From the NCBI GenBank assembly GCA_012295275.1, contig CM022672.1, positions 9,424,001 through 9,488,000 on the forward strand: 64,000 nucleotides of DNA, written 5' to 3'. The stretch comes from Chrysomallon squamiferum. Taxonomy: Eukaryota; Animalia; Mollusca. Below the pieces are notes generated by a model. That model was given only the letters and a program-made list of their open reading frames with translations. It was not told where the DNA came from and did not search any database. The position numbers and the translations under genes were made by a program. This document shows, piece by piece, positions 55,866 to 64,000 of this stretch (within the stretch, counting starts at the first letter, position 1; the number at the start of each line of letters is the position of its first letter).

Positions 55866-56869
55866 GATTATTTATTTTTATTTTTTTTTTCTTTATTGCT
55901 CGAGAAATTTATTTCAAACATCGAATTTATTTGGTAATACCATCATGGGACTGTTATTTTGCTTTCTTAACAAGAACAACAAAAAAACATCTTTATTATC
56001 TTTCTCTTCTCTTATTTTTTCACATCCTGAACTAATTTAATGACATCATCAATCCTCTATTGCTTCCTACACGTTCTGACGTCGTCGTTGAAGTATCATA
56101 TTTTCTAACTAAAGGTCAGCTCTCGATAACAAAATAATAACGCATTCAGCAAGCAAAAAAAAAAAGACCTTTATATGACGTTTTTCATGCAAAAGCCGGT
56201 TAAAAGGTTTGAATTGGATTTCCTAGACTCTTGATTCCCATATCATCGCGTAGTACTATCGTCAAACATTTCGTTTATTGGGCTAAATTTCGCAAGGAAA
56301 AACGAAAAGTATATCTACGTCGATTCCTAAATAGAATTATAGAGACCAGACTTGACACTGATGTTTGCACAGGGGAAAGATTACGTACAGCATGTCGTGT
56401 AGCCGCTGTTGCAGTAATCAGCGTAGCTGTAACAGATGAAAACAAGACTAAGAGTAAGCGGTTTATATACATCGTTTCGTTTATCTCTGTCGTAATAAAA
56501 ATTCTATTGATTTTGTTTTTAATCAGAAGATTCAGTTCATGATTGAGAAAAGTAGTTCATTATCAAAAGCTGCTGGCTGAAAGCAGCATTATTATAATTG
56601 GAGTTTCTGTACTGTTTATGATGTTCTTTTTTTATAATATTATTTTAATTTACTCTCTGCTGAAGCCTGTTTTCTTATCTTTAAATATATCTATTATTGT
56701 TTTACCGTATGTGAAGTTCTGATGTATTACTGATAAGTTCATTATTTATTTACAACTGTTAAAATCAATATATTTATGTAAACACTAACGTAATTGATAT
56801 ATTTTCTGATTGATATTTTCAAGTCGAGCAAATACAAATAATACATACATACGTACAGATATGAATACC

Positions 56870-56989
<120 letters not shown>

Positions 56990-57429
56990 TACGTACAAAA
57001 TACACATACAAATAGATACACTCATAAATGCATGTTAATATGTTAATTATTTCAGTTATTTTATAGATTATTTTTAATTTTAAACACATAAACTACGTAC
57101 TCCCATTTTTATTCTAATCTTGAAAAACCTTATTTTCAACATTTCGAATAAAACAAAAAATAAAAATGCTTTTCATAATGGACGTATCTTTTACCATATC
57201 ACCAAGGAGATTCCTTAACATAAAATATTTATCTTCTGTTGGCCGTAAGAGCTATATAGATGGCGTCAGTTTGCCTAGTAACAAATAAGAAATATTACAT
57301 CATGCAGTCTTGGCAATTTTTTCCCTGTTTTCTCGTGAATTAATAAAGGGGTCATCACAGATACAGACACTTGTATCCGGAACAGTTCATCAGTTTCAGC
57401 TAACATAGCTCGGTGTCTTCATCACTCAC

Positions 57430-57686
57430 TGCAGTTTGCCAAATCCATCTAATCCTGCGTACAATCTCTCTGAGATATGATAACTCGACGCTCTTTCTCT
57501 TTCGACAGCCGATGCATCACAGCTGACATGCAGCATTAACACCGATATCTGCAACAACAGAGTGTTTTTACCACGTATAAACCTTAGCTTCTTCTGACAT
57601 TTGCATGTCTCTTTGACTGTCCGTTTTTCAGTCTCACTGTGATCGCTTCTGTGTGTCGCTCTGTGTTTTTTCTCTGACTCTGCCAT
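57430..57686 (-). CDS. Candidate first coding exon (85 codons + 2 nt), product unknown
   Basis: True ATG in gcaATGg context; open to CA|GTGAGT at 57430/57429; hydrophobic stretch LLLQISVLMLHVSCDA. Confidence 0.25.
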
Positions 57687-57807
57687 TGCCGCTTTCTGTT
57701 TGTTGATATATTTATGTTTGTCTTATATCTATATATCTACCTATAATCTTTATATTTTTCTCTCTTTCTCCTTTGACCTTTCTTGCCGTATGTCTCTTTG
57801 TTACCAT

Positions 57808-57937
<130 letters not shown>

Positions 57938-58397
57938 AACTAACCTAACCTTCTTTTTCAAACGTTAAACAATGAATATGCAAATGATATCTGCTTTTAT
58001 TAACAATTATGGTGGAAATGGAAACAGGGTGGATAGGTCTAGAAATTGGATTTGATTTCAATTCATTTTCTCTTTTTTATAAATTCGTAAATAAATAGCA
58101 GACTTCGTTCATTTTTCTCTATTCAGAAATACTCTGTAATGTGCATGGAATATTCTGCGTTTAAAATGATTTCCAGGTCAAGCCCCGTAGATTTGTTTTG
58201 GCGCCAGGGTAGTTAGGAAGAATCACGATAATTTTCTTTTAATGTGCATAAATGAATACATATAAGCTCAGTAGCATCACGTATTTCAATATCATTAGAA
58301 AAATAAACTGATATAAATAAATAAATAAATAAGAAAGAACGCAAGAATATAAAAGTTGTTACCATACATAAGTACCTACCTACCTATCTATAAATCC

Positions 58398-58708
58398 ATA
58401 CACACACATGCACACACACATACATGCATGCATACATACATATATACATACACACATTCAGACATACATACATACTTACATACATACACACACACATACA
58501 CACACATACATACATATACATACATACAAACATACACACATACATACATAAACATAAAACTACATACATACATATACACACACACATATATACATAAACA
58601 CACATACACACACAAACATATACATAACATGCATACATACACTCATACAAACACACATACACATACGCATACAAATATACACACAAACACACACACACAC
58701 ACACACAA
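58398..58708. repeat. Degenerate (CA)n/(CATA)n array
   Basis: Direct reading; source of the HT/TY pseudo-ORFs. Confidence 0.93.
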
Positions 58709-59623
58709 CATGTTTCTCCGTTTAATGTTTTTGAGTTTTCTCATTCTGATTTCTATGAATAATACATTATCTTTTCTTTACCACGCGAACAAGTTCACTG
58801 AAGATGACATAATGTTACTCCGTGTCTTATGCTTGGTTAGAGCGACGTTTATGCAAGATTTAGTCTGATTGTGTAAGAGTCTTATAGAACTGTACTGATT
58901 TTGTAAATGGTTTTATAGTCCATGCACTTTTTCCCTGTCTTTATTAATACATTTTTTTTCAGGTCAATTGTTTCATGCATTTCAGGTTGTGATTATACTG
59001 TACTTATGTTAGGAGCTGTATTATGAACAATATTTTGGGATACATAGATTATATGAGAAAGGAACATAAATCATTATTAAGCAAGGGTTTTATACGATTT
59101 TAGTGCCAGCTTTTCGTGAGTTTCAAGTTGTGGTTATGTTGTTTGTGTTTAGAGCCGTGTTTTAGACAATGTTTTTGCAAATGAAGATTCTTAGAATGCG
59201 AAGGGAAAATAAATTCTTATTTAATATTGAGCATGTGTTACATATCTTTGTTTTTCTGTTTTTTTTTTTTTTTTTTTTTTTTTTTTTGAAACCTGGAGCA
59301 AAAGGAGAAACAGGAACCAAATTGTATTATAAGTGCCGTGCTTCAAAATAACTTAATGTAATTTGACGATGTTTATGATGTTACTCGATATAAGAAACTG
59401 TTCTTTATACTTGATGGATTTTATTTTAACTTAGCTTTTAAAGATTAGACGTTTATAAATCAGAAGATATTATTATGGTGTAATAAGTGTAAAGAAAGAA
59501 CTTTAAAAATATCCAAGCGATTAGGTTTTTAATTATAAAGGTTTTTTTTTTTTTTTCTTATTTGCTTTGCTTTAAGTAATGTATTCTTGTGGATGATTAC
59601 AGAATACCTCGAACACCAAAGGT

Positions 59624-59760
<137 letters not shown>

Positions 59761-60496
59761 TTTATCTGTCTGTCCTTTATTCTATCTGTACATATCTCTG
59801 TCTGACTCTCAACCTATCTAGTTGTCTTTCTTTTTGGTCTTTTTTTGTCTTTTCAAACTTGCATTTTCTACATTTAAATTTGTCTGTTTAATCTAGCTCT
59901 GTCTCTCTACCTATCTAATTGTCCTTTTGTCACTCTATCTAACTACCTTTCCCATGATTTATTTATTTATTTATTTTGTTTTTGGTCTGTCAGTCCCTAG
60001 GTCTATCTCTCTGTATATCTGTTTATCTCTCGACCTGCTTATATTGTTCAAATCTCTTGTTACAAATCTCTTCACAAGTAGCACAAATTTTTGTCCAGCC
60101 ATAAAAACAATCCATCTGTTTCAGTCACGTTACAAAATAGACCATTAGATATTAATTATTACCCAGTGAGGCGAGCCGCCCAATGTTGGTAAGCACTGTA
60201 CAAGAACCAATTAAAGCCCAGCTTAATCAATACTGTACTCGGTGACGATATAGGAAAAACAATTATACATCTAACTTTTACGAGACCAGAATGAATCGGT
60301 CATTCCAAACTATGCTTTTGGTAAAGGAGGACTGAAATATTGCATTAACCCTTCTCAAACTTGAACCTAGGAGATGCGATCCATGTGATTCAAAAACGTA
60401 AAATTGCGTGCATTAGTTATGTATTTGTTTTTTGTTTGTTTGTGTGTTAAAGAAAACTATTACACTGGCTTGTGTTTTTTTCATTCGTCTGAAGCG

Positions 60497-60690
60497 ATGA
60501 ATGAATGAATGATCAGAGAATGGTGAGTGCATAAATGAATCAGTAAGTGTGGGTGCATAAATGAATAAATGAAACAATAAATGAATAAACGATAAATGAA
60601 TGAATGAATGATTAGTGGATGATGAGAGTGAATGATGAGTGAATGATGAACGAATGGATAGTGAACAGAGATTGAATCTATGAATGAATC
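60497..60690. repeat. Degenerate (TGAA)n array
   Basis: Repeated atga/tgaa units. Confidence 0.8.
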
Positions 60691-61887
60691 AAATAAAGAT
60701 GGCTGCTAATTATATTTTAATATTAATGGTTATCAAATATCAAATATAAAGAGCTTAACAAGTTAGGAGAATAATCTCGCTGTGCCCACTGATCTATAAA
60801 TATCTGGTGAGATTTTACATACACCATAGACAGGATCTCACACACCTCGAGTTTTTTATACACGTCTACGAGACGAGGTTGGAATGGAAAATAATGCAGG
60901 TCTCGATCGAGCAGCCAACAAATCAACTTGAGACCATTCCTCGACTGAAACAAATTTTAGTTCTTTCTACTGCTTTAAAGATTTTAGCTTCGTCTGCAGA
61001 TTCGTGTTCTTGTATGCACCGCTGGGACAAAGATTTCTTCTCCTCTTGCATCTTTCTACGTATTTGTTTTTTATCTCAGACTGCTTCTCTATCATCTTTT
61101 TTTTTCTTCTTTCCCTTCTTCTTCTTCTTAAAGTAAATCATCTGACAGATTTTTCGTTTCCAAATCACGGAGTAGTCAAGCTGTGTGGTTTGGGGACGTT
61201 CTAGTGTGTTATTATAAGAGAACGTAAATATTTGTCTGATAATTTTGTATTTCAGTTGAAGTTAGACAGGCAAGTCTTCTGTCATAACTGTTTTTGGGAA
61301 AAAGTTGCAGTCTGTGAATTATATTCATGAATTTTTAATATTTTATTTAAGGAAATTACGAAGTTTTTATTTTATTTTTTTTATTATTTTTTTTTTTTTT
61401 TATTTTTATTATTTTTTTTTTTTTTTTTATTTTTTTAATTTTTTTATATATATCACATTGAATCTAGAGAGTGTACACATCTTTCTTCTTATTATTATTG
61501 TTTTCTTTTGTGTTTTTTTCTTCTTTCTTCTTCTTTTTCTTTTTCTTTGTTCTTCGTTGTTGTTGCTCTTCTTCTTCTTTGTCCTTTTGAGAATCTGAAG
61601 TTTGTTCATAATGTTTTCTTTTTATTTATAGTGTTGGTTTGCACTGCTCTTGTTACAGTTCTTGTATTACTGATGTTGGTGTTACTGCAGCTGGTGTATT
61701 TCATTTGTTTCACAAAACCATCGCTTTTCATCATTTAGACATTTGTTAACAGAGAAAATCAAAACAATTTGTCTATATCGGTTAATGTTAATGTAATTTT
61801 ATTTCTCACACACATACACATCCCCCCGTTCCCCCTCCAAACCTTACTCCCACCCACCGTCTCTTCGTCTGCACAATTAAATCTGTG

Positions 61888-62415
61888 TTAGCCGTGACAA
61901 GAAGCCATCAGATTGGCAACCAGGAAAATTACCTTTTCAGAATATTTCCCAGAGGTACGCGTGGTGTGTTCACCGCCGTAGAGACGGTTGCAGACGACAA
62001 CTAATTTACAAAATGAAATCACGTACCGACTCGATGCAGTAGGTTTTAGTGATGACAAAGGTTTGTTAATCTCGTTCAGTGTAATGGCTCCCAGCGATAT
62101 CGGTAAATCTGAATCAGAAACTTTGTTAGGGCTGTACTCATGATTGTATCGGTATATTTCAATAATGTAACGAGTGGATAACTCAATAATGGACTGTACT
62201 TTGTCTAATGTATATAGGGAAACACTTGTAATAAATTCTAACACGTGTAATAAATAGTAGCACTGCATGGAAGTTAGCTGGTTTGTTCGTGGTGTGAGTG
62301 ATGGGGAATTATTTATGTAGCCAACTGCAGTTTCAGAAATGACCGAGTATTTTGTAACGTTCAGATTTATATGAAAATATGTGATGTGTATATTGTCTGA
62401 AAGATAATGAAACAA
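61888..62415 (-). mobile_element. Longest non-repetitive ORF; possible degenerate LINE ORF2 pre-RT segment
   Basis: ITLNEINKPLSSLKPTASSRYVISFCKL (62085-62002) resembles the I-T-x-x-E-I...L-K...S-S-G-x-D-x-I-S motif that precedes LINE RT domains, but lacks G-x-D. The track start is TTG. Confidence 0.25.
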
Positions 62416-63066
62416 TGTTCGATGTAAATGTTAAAATTATCTAATTAATTATTCTCCAGATAATTACCGTGTTAGTGTTGTCTGAACCAGAGAAAATACA
62501 ATTCTCTGAATCTTTCTTTCTTTCTTTTTCTAATAGTCTTTCTTTTTCTCTCTTTCTTTCTTTTCTTTATCGCTTTATCTGTTTATCTCTCTGTCTGGAT
62601 ATAGGTATGTGCCTCTATCCATCCATCTGTCTCTCTATCCATATATCTATCTATCCATCCGTCCATCTATATGTCTGTATATCTATCTATCTTTCTACCG
62701 ATCTAAACATATATCCATCTATCTATCCATCTATATGTACATCTACCATTATATCCACCCATCTATCTTTCTATTTGTCTATCTGTCTGTCTCTTTATGT
62801 GTCTGTCCTTCCTTTTGTGTCTAGTACGTGTGACTCTGTCTCTCTCTTCATTCTTTCTCTCAGTGAGATTTTTCTCTTTCTTGTCTCTTTATAATAACAG
62901 ACGCTGTTACTTGTACTGATAATTTTTCTGTCAATTTGTTATTTCAATTTACACGACTAATAATAACTAAGATTGCATCTTTATTTCATTTTCTGTTAAA
63001 AGCAGAATAATAATGAAAATCACATACCGATTCTGTATTGCAGAAATATTCATAAAAGGGAGACCT

Positions 63067-63100
63067 TAATAATAATAATAATAATAACAACAACAACAAC

Positions 63101-63147
<47 letters not shown>

Positions 63148-63160
63148 TAACAATAATGAT
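63067..63160. repeat. (AAT)n/(AAC)n microsatellite
   Basis: Direct reading. Confidence 0.96.
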
Positions 63161-64000
63161 AAATTATATTTGTAAACCATTAAGTTTTCTAAATAGAGCC
63201 TAAACATTTTTTTAAAAATTATATAATCATCTCTCGAGTTCACTTCTAAGTATTGCCATCTTTATTTGCTTGGTGACATTTGAATAATTTTTCTGTCAAG
63301 TTAAAATACGAGGACTGATTTTAGAATCAGAAAAGGACTAGAAAAGATTTTGCTTTCGGCAGTTTAACCAGAAATTTTTTCTGCGCTTCATGACAAAAGC
63401 AAAATAACTGTCCTGAAGGCATCAATATTTCCTCACTTGTTAAACCAGTAGCGGTTTATCGAAGGGTTCACATTTGCGATTCTCCGTCGCTTATTAGCGT
63501 TGTTTTGGTGCACAAGAAGATACCTTACTTACACTTGGATTCTACAGCGACACATCTCCGACAACTTCGGCATTCAGTGAAGACATCATTAGTCACTGCA
63601 GCTTTTATGTTCAACGACATATGTTAAAATATTCCATCTCTGGCGAGTCAACATCGTTATCGCGTTCTCGTGGAAATCACGTTTGGCTAATAATGAACAC
63701 GTGATAACGTAGAAATCATGTTTTATTAATTAATAGATAGATAATTATAATAATAAAACAGAGACAATGTTTTGGGGGTTTTTGTTGAGGTATTTGTTTA
63801 TGCATGTGTTATTTGGTATATGCATATATATATATATGTGTGTGTGTATGTATCTATGTCTATATGTGTGTGTGAGTGTGTTTGTATGTGCGTTTATAAG
63901 TTAAAGTGCGTTTTATCTATCTATTTATGTATACCTTTCATTTAACTTCCATATTATTTTATGCTTATATAACCAATCGTTCGCTGCCCACCAGATAATG

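Overview
This is eukaryotic, strongly AT-rich (roughly 70% by eye), microsatellite-saturated DNA. It looks like a very large intron or gene desert from an invertebrate. The (AG)n/(TAGA)n/(AAT)n/(ACAT)n load resembles octopod cephalopod genomes, but the taxon is inference only. I recognise no protein-coding gene, tRNA, rRNA, CRISPR array or intact transposon, and almost all ORFs in the track are translations of simple repeats. Well supported: many microsatellites, six degenerate minisatellites (16, ~34, ~30, 25, 24 and 38 bp units), a 144-bp diverged tandem duplication and a 51-bp in-frame triplication. Between the repeats lie repeat-free, CpG-richer islands of 150-700 bp. Several end in + strand splice donors (12742, 28972, 34391, 53740), suggesting an array of alternative promoters or first exons. 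Several fold into G.U-containing hairpins on the + strand (12262-12392, 15895-16044, 30478-30612). Several carry CTCF-, RFX-, YY1- or Pbx/Hox/Meis-like motifs. Two short stretches faintly resemble LINE ORF2 remnants. All functional calls are low-to-moderate confidence hypotheses that need RNA-seq, conservation or database checks.
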